A stretch of DNA of 64,000 nucleotides from the NCBI GenBank assembly GCA_950097015.1, contig CATNEN010000034.1, positions 7,564,001 to 7,628,000 on the forward strand, given 5' to 3'. Both the position numbers and the translations under genes were made by a program. This DNA comes from Macrostomum hystrix. Lineage: Eukaryota; Animalia; Platyhelminthes. The notes beneath the pieces are model-generated. The model was not told the DNA's origin. It searched no databases and was given only the letters and a program-made list of their open reading frames with translations. This document shows, in pieces, positions 33,521-44,900 of this stretch (position 1 is its first letter; every line of letters begins with the position of its first letter).

Positions 33521-34089
33521 TGATTTCCAGTTTTATTGATTTCAAATCCCAAAATGGAAATTTGAACTGGGAGGATCTTAGTCTTAGATCTTAATCTAAG
33601 TCCGGGTTGATTGAATCCCAAACTTAGTCAATTCCCTGCTGCAATCTAAAGCTAAACGTCAGTCAATCTCATGCCAAATGTCGACGAATCGACCTATACT
33701 AAACTTCTAATCATTGCTTAATTATTTATTCAGTTATTCGTACCAACGCTACAGAATAACAATGTCTAAACCAAATTTTATCATGTTTTCACCAAAAGTG
33801 CCAATCAAATCAAGGATTTGATTAAACTAGCACACCAAGCCCCCAAGGTGGGGCACTACTGTTCAGACAAAAATATAGATTAATCCAGAAGGACAAAACA
33901 CGCTTTAAAGTTGCTCTCCTTAAACAGAAGACAAAAATAAATAGAAAATAATTTCATTTCGCAATTACCTAACACAATCAAGAGTCAAAGCAGCAGGAAG
34001 TCGCCAACTCACAAAAGGGCCGTTGCTAAACTTAATAAAACACAGGCTTACGAGGATGCAAATCATTAGAATCATTTCGCTCTTCAGTG

Positions 34090-35110
34090 GGTACACCTGG
34101 ACTCTGCACGGAGATGTTTGCAGAAGCACCAGGTCCCGGCTGCTGCTGCACCAGTCACGGCCCGGCCGCCTTGGTCCTCAGGTCCAGCCGCCTCGCAGCC
34201 AGATGGAGTCGCCCACCTTCTCGGTCATGGTGAGCGTCATGAGCGTCATGAACGTCATAAGCTGTTCCGGAGAGTCCGAGCGGTTCCCGCTTGGCCTGCT
34301 GGTGCGAATAGTCAGGAGCAGCTTCTGCAGAAATTGGTCGAATGTCACCACCTTGGTTCACGTCTTCAACCCGCCTTTCAGACTTCTCACCAGCCGCTCA
34401 GCCTGTGCAATAGACTGCGGATGATAAGGCGGGGTGTGTACCTCCTGGCACCCGACGCTGCTCAGCCACTGCAACACTCTCTCTGATTTGAACTCGGGAG
34501 CATTGTCCGACACCAACGTCCGCGGCACTCCTGTCAGGAATTGCTTCCGGCCAGCCTGAGTACGCATCCGACAGCAGCAGCAGCAGACCCACACCTGGCA
34601 CTTCGCAGTGGTCCATGTGCACCCGGGACCAAGGTTCGCACTCTGGTGGCCAAATGTCAATCTTTCTCTGAGCAACCGGTCGCCTCTCTGAGCACAGCTG
34701 GCGCCGCTCAAAAAACTGACGCACCTCGCGGTCCAGTCCAGGCCACCAGAACTACCTTGAGACATGCGCCTTGTTTTCTCCGCACTTAGGTGCACCTCGT
34801 AGTGCGCAACCTCCAGGATTGTCCTGCGGAGGATTGTTTGCGGGACCACCCTGGTGCCGTGAATGACCATTCCGTTCTCGACCGACAGCGCTTCTCCACC
34901 TGGCCCCAGCGGCCTGTCCGGATTCTCTGCTGGAACAGCGAGCACTGCACAGTCGCCTGCGCGACTTCTCCAACTTCAGCGGGGGCCGGCCGAGCTCGTC
35001 CCAGATCCTCCGGGAGACCAGCGAGCAGGAGGCGCCGCTGTCCTTCTCCATCTGCACGTCCCGATGGTTGATCCTCACCGTGCAGTACTCGGCTGGCCGT
35101 CCTTCTCCGA
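34090..35110 (-). mobile_element. Ty3/Gypsy pol relic: aspartic protease joined to integrase, RT/RNase H missing
   Basis: VQMEKDSGASCSLVS protease motif; then LSVENG.VI.GTRVV..H, PWSRVHMDH..DAYSGWPE, VSDNAPEF..HPQS..AER. Confidence 0.82.
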
Positions 35111-35565
35111 TGAGAATCTGCACTAGCTCCCTGTGAGAATCTCATGAGAATCTGCACTAGCTCCCTGTGAGAATCTCATGAGAATCTGCACTAGCTCCCT
35201 GTGAGAATCTCATGAGAATCTGCACTAGCTCCCTGTGAGAATCTCATGAGAATCTGCACTAGCTCCCTGTGAGAATCTCATGAGAATCTGCATGAGCTCC
35301 CTGTGACTATCTCATGAGAATCTGCATTAGCACCCTGTGAGAATCTCATTAGAATCTGCATGAGCTCCCTGTGACTATCTCATGAGAATCTGCACTAGCT
35401 CCCTGTGAGAATCTCATGAGAATCTGCATTAGCACCCTGTGAGAATCTCATGAGAATCTGCATGAGCTCCCTGTGACTATCTCATGAGAATCTGCATTAG
35501 CACCCTGTGAGAATCTCATTAGAATCTGCATTAGCACCCTGTGAGAATCCCATGAGAATCTCACA
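35111..35565. repeat. 34-bp tandem repeat (GAGAATCTGCACTAGCTCCCTGTGAGAATCTCAT)
   Basis: About 13 units. Confidence 0.92.
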
Positions 35566-35968
35566 GGAATAGCACGAAAACCTGTGATTCGGTTTGGGAG
35601 AAATCGTGAAGTAGGCAGTGGACAGTTGTTATAGCTTGTAACCCCACGCAGGTGTTTCCCCACGCAGAAAATAGGGTTAGAAGTACATTGGTTTATCGCA
35701 CAAATTCGAATAATATGCTCCACTGTAAGCACTCACAAAATAACAAACAAACAAAAATATTTCTTGGACAATTTTTGTCTTAGAAGAATTTATTTCGTTA
35801 ACTTACATCGTATCGAGACCATTTTTGCAAATGGTAGACTGGGATAGAACAGCAATTGTCCACAACAAAAAAGCAAAAACAGAAAAAAAGCACGAATAAC
35901 AATGTAGTTTAAATTAGCAAGCTAGCGTGCTGGTATGCTTGCGATGTTTAAAATCAATCAGTAAAGAA

Positions 35969-36655
35969 TTACCTGTCCTCATTACCAAAGCCACCACATC
36001 TTATCTGAGGAAAAGCATCACAGATATGAGTGACCCTCCATTTATCTGGATTATTCTCCTCGCAGGAGCTGCGTCGTGGAGATGATCGTATCGGCGATGT
36101 GTCAACAAGGTAGCCATCCACCATGTTCCTGATGGTCACAATGTCGCCATCTTTGATTTCTGAACCACATGAACCAATGAACCACACCTGACGACTAGTA
36201 TATATTCCTTTTTCAAGGCGGACTCCTTCGTCGATCACCCGCTCTCCCGATCTCCCGCGGCCGCCGCATTCTGCATACCGCTGCATACCGTGATTAATGT
36301 CAGTAAACCAATTTGCCAGAATCTTCTTGGGTCTACAGCTTGTTGGAGCATCGGAATGCTTGGTGTCTTCGAATCGGAATACGGCTGTCGTATTGGTTAA
36401 TAGCGAACATCCAAGTCCCAAGCTTGCCGGGTCTTCACCGGGTCCACCGCGTCTGTTGGTCAAAAAAAAACTTGAATGACCAATATAGTCTGACTCTTCA
36501 CCAAGACTCAGGAAGTTCCCAGTTCGCACATTCATCAGCGCAACCCACGAGCTTTCGCTGATGACTGCGCGTTTCGAAGCTGCAAGAGGCAGTGCTAGGC
36601 AGAGTGCCAGCAGGACCAGCGTCAGTAGGATGACAGAACTGCTTTGATTGGGCAT
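35969..36655 (-). CDS. Divergent secreted-protein paralog 7 (228 aa)
   Basis: Signal peptide identical to the other copies; the mature part retains ECG, WFI, IKDGDIVTIRNM, VDTSP and W.VT; seven mature Cys; different 3' end. Confidence 0.8.
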   Translation of the reverse strand: MPNQSSSVILLTLVLLALCLALPLAASKRAVISESSWVALMNVRTGNFLSLGEESDYIGHSSFFLTNRRGGPGEDPASLGLGCSLLTNTTAVFRFEDTKHSDAPTSCRPKKILANWFTDINHGMQRYAECGGRGRSGERVIDEGVRLEKGIYTSRQVWFIGSCGSEIKDGDIVTIRNMVDGYLVDTSPIRSSPRRSSCEENNPDKWRVTHICDAFPQIRCGGFGNEDR

Positions 36656-37320
36656 TCCTGTTTATTATCTGGCAGTTTCAATAAACAAACCGAGAAATTG
36701 GAGTTTGCTTTGAATTTCTCAGTCGCTTATATTTTTGTTGGATTGGGATTTTTAACGTTAAGTGCAGACGAGCAGAGAAAACTGTTTCTTTCCTAGGAAC
36801 TACATTTTTACCTTCAGGAATGTAAATGACGTGTTTGCGTTGCAATCAATAAGGAAAATTTTAATCTGATTCACTCCTCAGGAGTATCTCTGTGCATGTG
36901 GCTTTGCTTCAAGTTGGATACATATTTTCAACTGAAATTTGAAACCGCTATCAGATACAAAAATATTTCTTAGAATGAAATTATTGAAAGAAAACAAGTG
37001 AGAAAGTTTTTTGCCTTTCGTTCAGTGCTTCACTTCGCAATTGCTGAGCTTCGAGCGTTGCCTGCAAGTGATCACAGAGAAGCACTGGTGGCGTGATTGT
37101 CGGCTGTCGAAATTTTAGCTTGAGATCCGTCGAGATTCGGCATGAGATTGACTGCCGTTCAGCATTAGATTGCAGCAGGGGATTGGCTCAGTTTGGGATT
37201 ATATTCTCTAATCCTCACAGTTTGGCATTCAATCAACCCAGTCTGATATTGAAATTCTCCCAGTGTGTGATTAATTCCTCCCAATTCGGGATTCAAATCC
37301 TCCCAGTGCATTGTACAAAA

Positions 37321-37933
37321 CTTACGAGTAGTACAAATGATAAACTTACGAGTTGTACAAATGATAAGCTTACGAGTAGTACAAATGATAAACTTACGAG
37401 TAGTACAAATGATAAGCTTACGAGTAGTACAAATGATAAACTTACGAGTAGTACAAATGATAAACTTACGAGTAGTACAAATGATAAGCTTACGAGTAGT
37501 ACAAATGATAAGCTTACGAGTAGTACAAATGATAAACTTACGAGTAGTACAAATGATAAGCTTACGAGTAGTACAAATAATGAACCTACGAGTAGTACAA
37601 ATGATAAGCTTACGAGTAGTACAAATGATAAACTTACGAGTAGTACAAATGATAAGCTTACGAGGAGTACAAATGATAAACTTACGAGTAGTACAAATGA
37701 TAAGCTTACGAGTTGTACAAATGATAAACTTACGAGTTGTACAAATGATAAACTTACGAGTTGTACAAATGATAAACTTACGAGTTGTACAAATGATAAA
37801 CTTACGAGTTGTACAAATGATAAACTTACGAGTTGTACAAATGATAAACTTACGAGTTGTACAAATGATAAACTTACGAGTTGTACAAATGATAAACTTA
37901 CGAGTTGTACAAATGATAAACTTACGAGTTGTA
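37321..37933. repeat. 24-bp tandem repeat (CTTACGAGTAGTACAAATGATAAA), ~25 units
   Basis: Expanded from a single-copy motif present in the paralog 3' flank (reverse complement of ~1443-1470). Confidence 0.92.
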
Positions 37934-38503
37934 CGAACAGATTTGTTTTAAAATCGAAATGGATCTTGTCCTATGCTAAGTCCATGTGGTATGACACTGA
38001 GGAAACATCCAAAAGCACACTGAGGGGATGTCCAAAGACACATTCAGTGAATGTCCAAAGCGAGACGGAAGAAATGTCCAAGGACACATGCACTAAAATG
38101 TCAATGTGTGTTTAAATTGATTTTATCAATTTCAACAAATTTGTGATCCTGAACTTCCCATCGCATAATTTCTACACCACCAGCAACTCACATTGAGCAG
38201 TAGTATCGATTGTGTGTGCTTCGATCATTTTCGAATCTGATATTGATTCGCAAGTTGCGACATGCAGAGATATATATAAGCAGGCACGAAACACAAAGCT
38301 TAGCGTAATCAGGAAAACTGGTTGAAAAGAATGGCGCAATAAATTGTTGGAACAATTGCAGCATCTCTACTAATTATTTAGGCAATGAACACAGTGATAG
38401 AGGGGCAATGATGATATTAGCAATAAAATAGTGTCTTGTGAAATCTATTAACTTGCTAGTCAGCAATCGATGACTTTCGTGACAGTTCAGTTCAGTGCAG
38501 TTG

Positions 38504-38935
38504 TCACACCATGTTATGCTTCGACGATGAAGATGGTCGCTCCGCCACGCTGATTGCGATCACAGTCGGTAGCTCAGCATCCTCGTGATCGACATCTTCA
38601 ATTGGTTCATCATCGTGCGGCTCGTCATCCTTCTGCTGCTGCTGCTCGTCAGCGAATTTAATGAGATCCTGCTGGGCCACATCCTCCAAGCTGGCAGATC
38701 GTGAGATTGGCGGCCAAGCGTTCTCGTCCTGCACTAGCTCGTCCTTAATCCTCTCATACTCTTTGCGAGCCCGTCGACCGCTCAGGCGGCGGCGAAGGCC
38801 GCGAACGAACAGGCGGAAACCGGTGCCGTCCACCAGCTCTTCCAGGATGTTGCTGAGCAGGAAGTTCATAAGTACAACGCCGAGGACCAGCGCTTTGAAC
38901 TGGGGACTCGGATGATCCGTTGGAATCCTCAGGAG
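38504..38935 (-). CDS. ATP13A: ATP13A last coding exon
   Basis: Final TM segment VVLMNFLLSNILEE, acidic tail and stop. The acceptor at 38936-38938 is inferred; an alternative CAG lies 39 nt downstream. Confidence 0.8.
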   Translation of the reverse strand, partial: LLRIPTDHPSPQFKALVLGVVLMNFLLSNILEELVDGTGFRLFVRGLRRRLSGRRARKEYERIKDELVQDENAWPPISRSASLEDVAQQDLIKFADEQQQQKDDEPHDDEPIEDVDHEDAELPTVIAISVAERPSSSSKHNMV

Positions 38936-41900
38936 CTGGATGAGAATGAGTAAGGTACAGTGAATGCACATTTGGTGCAAAAGGATTTATATATGTCATA
39001 CATCAATTGGTGACACTAGACCCGCAGCCAGCGAGGAGGCAATTCTGCCCATTCCGCTGACTCCTGAGCACACACGCACACAGATAACGTACGCAGGCAC
39101 ACGCTCACACAGGTGTGTACATCTGCCCTGACTTTCTCATCGTCAGGCAGTGTACACTTTCACTGTGCCTTGGAGGTTGGCCCTCAAGGGCGTAAATTGC
39201 ATGGAAAGCCCCCAAGCCTTCTCTCCGCGGCTGCGCCCTAAATGAATGTGGCCTCGCCGTGGAATCAAGCTCAGGGACCTTGGTGCTAGAGGCAAACGCG
39301 TTTACCGCTCTGCCACCGACCCGCAAAATTGATATTGAATATCACTTCTCACCTCAAGAAAGTTCAAAAGCCAGGTGAACGGGTCGATCGCCACGTAAAT
39401 ACTAGCTGCGATGACTATGAGCAGGTTGACTAGGAACAAACCTGAAGTGCGAATGTTGCTTATTAGGATGGCTGTTTAACGCAAGCACTAATAGTAGAAA
39501 GACCATGGGGGAATAACAAATACACACATTTTTGTTCACAGAGCTGTCGTGAATTAGGCAGTGAGTATTTGAAATACCCCCGTGGTCTCTCCCCAGCGTT
39601 TTGTGTGGTCTTCCTACTGAACAACAATCAGCAGAGCAGGCCTAGCAACTCACGGTTAGACGGTATGGTGAGTCGGTAGGGTTGAGATCTTGAGAAGGCC
39701 ACAGCCAGGGTGATGTACTGGAACGAGGACACCAAGAACACGGCGGTATTCTCATAGCTGGCGTAGTTATCGGCCATGATGTCCATGTGGAATGGAAAGA
39801 ACCAATCCTGGGTTTGGACATATAGAAAGGCCAGAGTTTGAAAGGCGATGTTTAGCAGCGACTGTAGACAGATGGAGGCGACCGTGACTGTGGACATGAG
39901 CCTCAGGCTTGGCGCCTCTTTGGCCAGCTCCGGGTAGGCCCTGGTGTAGCCGAAGGTGATGCTTAGGGTCGTGATGATGAATAAGTCGATGAACAGAAAC
40001 TGGCCGTCAGTGAGGTTGGCCCCAATGTAGTACAGGATGAGGCAGGACACGAACTGGGTGATGGAATATCCGGCCATGAACTTGAACGTGCCAAACGAGG
40101 TGACGATGGCGCAACGGCCCTCTCGGATCAATGTCGGCACGCAGGAGATGTTCTGCTGCTTGGAGGTGAACGGTGAAGCAACTGAAGCTTCGGCTTCGCT
40201 AAGCGAGATTCCAGCGTGGGCGGTCTTCAGGGCGCCACAGTCGTTGGCGCCGTCGCCGCACATGCCGACGGTGTAGCCCACCTGCAGGGAAGATGGAGCG
40301 TCGACTTTCAGCTAGTATGTAGCTCATGTACACATGTACTTTACTCATCAAATCTTGTACGTTGAGCAACCAACATTTTACAATAGTTATCCACACCTGT
40401 ACAATAGTCATCCACACCTGTACAATAGTCATCCACACCTGTACATGAGTCATCTACACCTGTACAATAATCATCCACACCTGTACATGAGTCATCCACA
40501 CCTGTACATGAGTCATCTATACCTGTACATGAGTCATCCACACCTGTACAATAGTCATCCACGCCTGTACAATAGTCATCCACACCTGTACATGATTCAT
40601 CCACACCTGTACAATAGTCATCCACACCTGTACATGAGTCATCCACACCTGTACAATAGTCATCCACACCTGTACAATAGTCATCCACGCCTGTACAATA
40701 GTCATCCACACCTGTACATGATTCATCCACACCTGTACATGAGTCATCCACACCTGTACAATAGTCATCCACACCTGTACATGAGTCATCCACACCTGTA
40801 CAATAGTCATCCACGCCTGTACAATAGTCATCCACACCTGTACATGAGTCATCCACACCTGTACATGAGTCATCTATACCTGTACATGAGTCATCCACAC
40901 CTGTACAATAGTCATCCACACCTGTACAATAGTCATCCACACCTGTACATGAGTCATCCACACCTGTACATGATTCATCCACACCTGTACATGAGTCATC
41001 CACACCTGTACAATAGTCATCCACACCTGTACATGAGTCATCCACACCTGTACAATAGTCATCCACGCCTGTACAATAGTCATCCACACCTGTACATGAT
41101 TCATCCACACCTGTACAATAGTCATCCACACCTGTACATGAGTCATCCACACCTGTACAATAGTCATCCACACCTGTACATGAGTCATCCACACCTGTAC
41201 AATAGTCATCCACGCCTGTACAATAGTCATCCACACCTGTACATGATTCATCCACACCTGTACAATAGTCATCCACACCTGTACATGAGTCATCCACACC
41301 TGTACAATAGTCATCCACACCTGTACATGAGTCATCCACACCTGTACAATAGTCATCCACGCCTGTACAATAGTCATCCACACCTGTACATGATTCATCC
41401 ACACCTGTACAATAGTCATCCACACCTGTACAATAGTCATCCACGCCTGTACAATAGTCATCCACACCTGTACAATAGTCATCCACACCTGTACATGAGT
41501 CATCCACACCTGTACAATAGTCATTCACGCTTGTACAATAGTCATCCACACCTGTACATGAGTCATCCACACCTGTACAATAGTCATCCACACCTGTACA
41601 TGAGTCATCCACACCTGTACAAAGGTCATCCACACCTGTACAATAGTCATCCACACCTGTACATGATTCATCCAGACCTGTACATGAGTCATCCACACCT
41701 GTACAATAGTCATTCACGCTTGTACAATAGTCATCCACACCTGTACATGATTCATCCACACCTGTACAATAGTCATCCACACCTGTACATGAGTCATCCA
41801 CACCTGTACAATAGTCATCCACACCTGTACAATAGTCATCCACACCTGTACAATAGTCATCCACACCTGTACATGAGTCATCCACACCTGTACAATAGTC

Positions 41901-44900
41901 ATCCACACCTGTACAATAGTCATCCACACCTGTACAATAGTCATCCACACCTGTACAATAGTCATCCACACCTGTACATGAGTCATCCACACCTGTACAA
42001 TAGTCATCCACACCTGTACAATAGTCATCCACACCTGTACAATAGTCATCCACACCTGTACATGATTCATCCACGCCTGTACATTAGTTTAATTGGCCAT
42101 TGCAACCAACACACCTGCTGCAGAGCCTCAACCAGTTGGGCCTTCTGATCCGGCGAGAACCTGGCAAACACGGTGCCCTTGACAACCAGCTTAGGAATTA
42201 GGTGGGGAAAATGATTGCGCACAATCTCCCATGAACGGCCAGTCATAGCCAGGTGATAATTTCCCTCCTTGACGTCGATCTCCGGGTCGCGAGTGTTTGG
42301 CAGCGAGTAGGCGTGCTCAGGCACCACCTCGTGCACCTTGCGCTGTAGATCTCCGGCATAGTGAAAGTCCAGCTGGGCCTGACAATGAGGGGATAAGGAA
42401 CAATCCTCTTTGAGAATAGCGAAATTTTATTTACTACTTTCTACAAACATTTATGCCATAATCATCAATACCCTACTAACAGTAGCACAGTTAGAATTAG
42501 TATTAAAAACAGGAAAGTAAAAATAGAAAAAACAGCACTTTAAGATATCATATGCTCAGCAAATCAGGTCAAAAGTTGACGTCAAGAGCAGCATAAGCCC
42601 AAGCTAAATGAGCCTGAAGCTCAACTGCTAATTGAGATAACATTTAAGCATTACCATGCAGCACTACCTATCAGCATGGGTCCAGAGTTCAAATGCTGGT
42701 GCTCGGGCAGACAAGGCTATCATAGTATGAGTGACTAAGTCTGCAAATGAGTCACTAACAGATAGTGTGCCGAAAGGCGAGACCTCACTCTCTCTGCTAC
42801 AGCTATTTCGATTAGGACTCAAGGACTAGGAGCCGAGTTTGTTGATGCCACTGACTGTGCATCTTCTGTCTATGGCGCGGGTACTCATTCTGATTTGGTG
42901 GGGATTTTCTTGAGAACTCGGTGGGGATTCGGGGAGGATTTTCTTAGGGGTTTCTAGGAGAAATTGGTGGAGATTCTCACTGAGATTTTAGTGGGGATTC
43001 TCATTGAGATTTAGTGGGGATTCTAACTGGGATTTTAGTGGGGATTCTCACTGGGATTATAGACATTCTAAATGAGAATGTTTTCCTTTAGATATTCTAA
43101 AGCAGATTCTGTGCAAATAGAAGCTTAACTGTTATGGGATTTCAGGGACTAGCGGAGGGCGGCATCGCCTTCCCGCTGTGTCCCTCTATGGGACCGCCCT
43201 GCAGCTAAGTCAAGTAAGTCAAGTTATGGGATTTAGTTAAGCAAGCTAATATTACTATAAACGGTTTCATGTCAGCTTTTAACAAAAATCATCTTGATCC
43301 CAAAAAGTGGGATCCGATTCACACCTGAAAAGGCGGCTGTGCAGGTGTGGCCTGGACCAGGATCACGGCGTCTCTGTCGCCAATCATGTCACAGTCCCTG
43401 GCAACGCTGAGCGCCGTAAGGATATTATCCCCAGTGACCATGACTGGTCGGATGGCGGCATTGAGCAGCTGGTGGATGACGCGGGTGGTCTGCGGCTTGA
43501 GCCGATTCTCCATCACCAGCAGGCCCAGGAATATAAGGTCCCGCTCCACCGACTCGCGGGCCAGCTTTTGCACCTAGAATAGTAAATAGGTAGACAGGTA
43601 GACAAATGCTGGGGATAAACACACACACACAGATGCGGCGAGGCCACATTCATTTAGGGCGCAGCCGCGGAGAGAAGGCTTGCGGGCTTGTCGTGCAACT
43701 TACGCCCTTGAGGGCGAACCTCCAAGGCACAGTGAGAGTGTACACTGCCTGACGATGAGACAGTCAGGTCAGATGTGTGAGCGTATGCCTGCGTACGGTA
43801 TCTGTGTGCGTGTGTGCTCAGGAGTCAGCGGAATGGGCAGAATTGCCTCCTCGCTGGCTGTGGGTCTAGTGTCTGGTTATTATTATTATATCTTGTCATC
43901 ACACCAGTCTGTCAGGAGCAGCCTTGTCATCACACCAGTCTGTCAGGAGCAGCCTTGTCATCACACCAGTCTGTCAGGAGTAGCCTTGTCATCACACCAG
44001 TCTGTCAGGAGCAGCCTTGTCATCACATCAGTCTGTCAGGAGTAGCCTTGTCATCACACCAGTCTGTCAGGAGCAGCCTTGTCATCACACCAGTCTGTCA
44101 GGAGCAGCCTTGTCATCACACTAGTCTGTCAGGAGTAGCCTTGTCATCACACCAGTCTGTCAGGAGTAGCCTTGTCATCACACCAGTCTGTCAGGAGTAG
44201 CCTTGTCATCACACCAGTCTGTCAGGAGCAGCCTTGTCATCACATCAGTCTGTCAGGAGTAGCCTTGTCATCACACCAGTCTGTCAGGAGCAGCCTTGTC
44301 ATCACACCAGTCTGTCAGGAGCAGCCTTGTCATCACACCAGTCTGTCAGGAGTAGCCTTGTCATCACACCAGTCTGTCAGGAGTAGCCTTGTCATCACAC
44401 CAGTCTGTCAGGAGTAGCCTTGTCATCACACCAGTCTGTCAGGAGCAGCCTTGTCATCACACCAGTCTGTCAGGAGCAGCCTTGTCATCACACCAGTCTG
44501 TCAGGAGTAGCCTTGTCATCACACCAGTCTGTCAGGAGCAGCCTTGTCATCACACCAGTCTGTCAGGAGCAGCCTTGTCATCACACCAGTCTGTCAGGAG
44601 CAGCCTTGTCATCACATCAGTCTGTCAGGAGTAGCCTTGTCATCACACCAGTCTGTCAGGGTACCCTCTGAACCTAAGCTCCTAAAATCACCTTGAGATA
44701 GCTGACACGCAGCGGTTTGTAGGCCAGGGCCAGCACCCGGTAGCCCTGCCTGGTGTAGTGCAGCAGCCGCTCGCTGAACCTGTCCGGCAGGGAATCCGGC
44801 CTGCTCAACGCCTGCACCATCTCCGGTGAGCCCTTGACGTAGGCGGCGAAATGATCGGCGCCGAGGCGTCTGGCAACAACCGACATTCTCTGCAGGCTGG

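Noticed and set aside
37093-38115. 340-aa TSSTNDKL-repeat 'mucin/antifreeze-like' ORF
   Set aside because: A 24-bp expansion of non-coding 3'-flank sequence, with no promoter or start evidence.
39120-39160. Hammerhead ribozyme in SINE family 2 (CTGACGA...GAAA on the minus strand)
   Set aside because: There is no room for stem II, and the second copy has GACA instead of GAAA; it is only a short hairpin.
40334-42148. 604-aa His/Tyr-rich and 577-aa CTGVDDY-repeat ORFs
   Set aside because: Translations of a 21-bp array inside an ATP13A intron whose flanking exons join in frame (LQQ|VGY).
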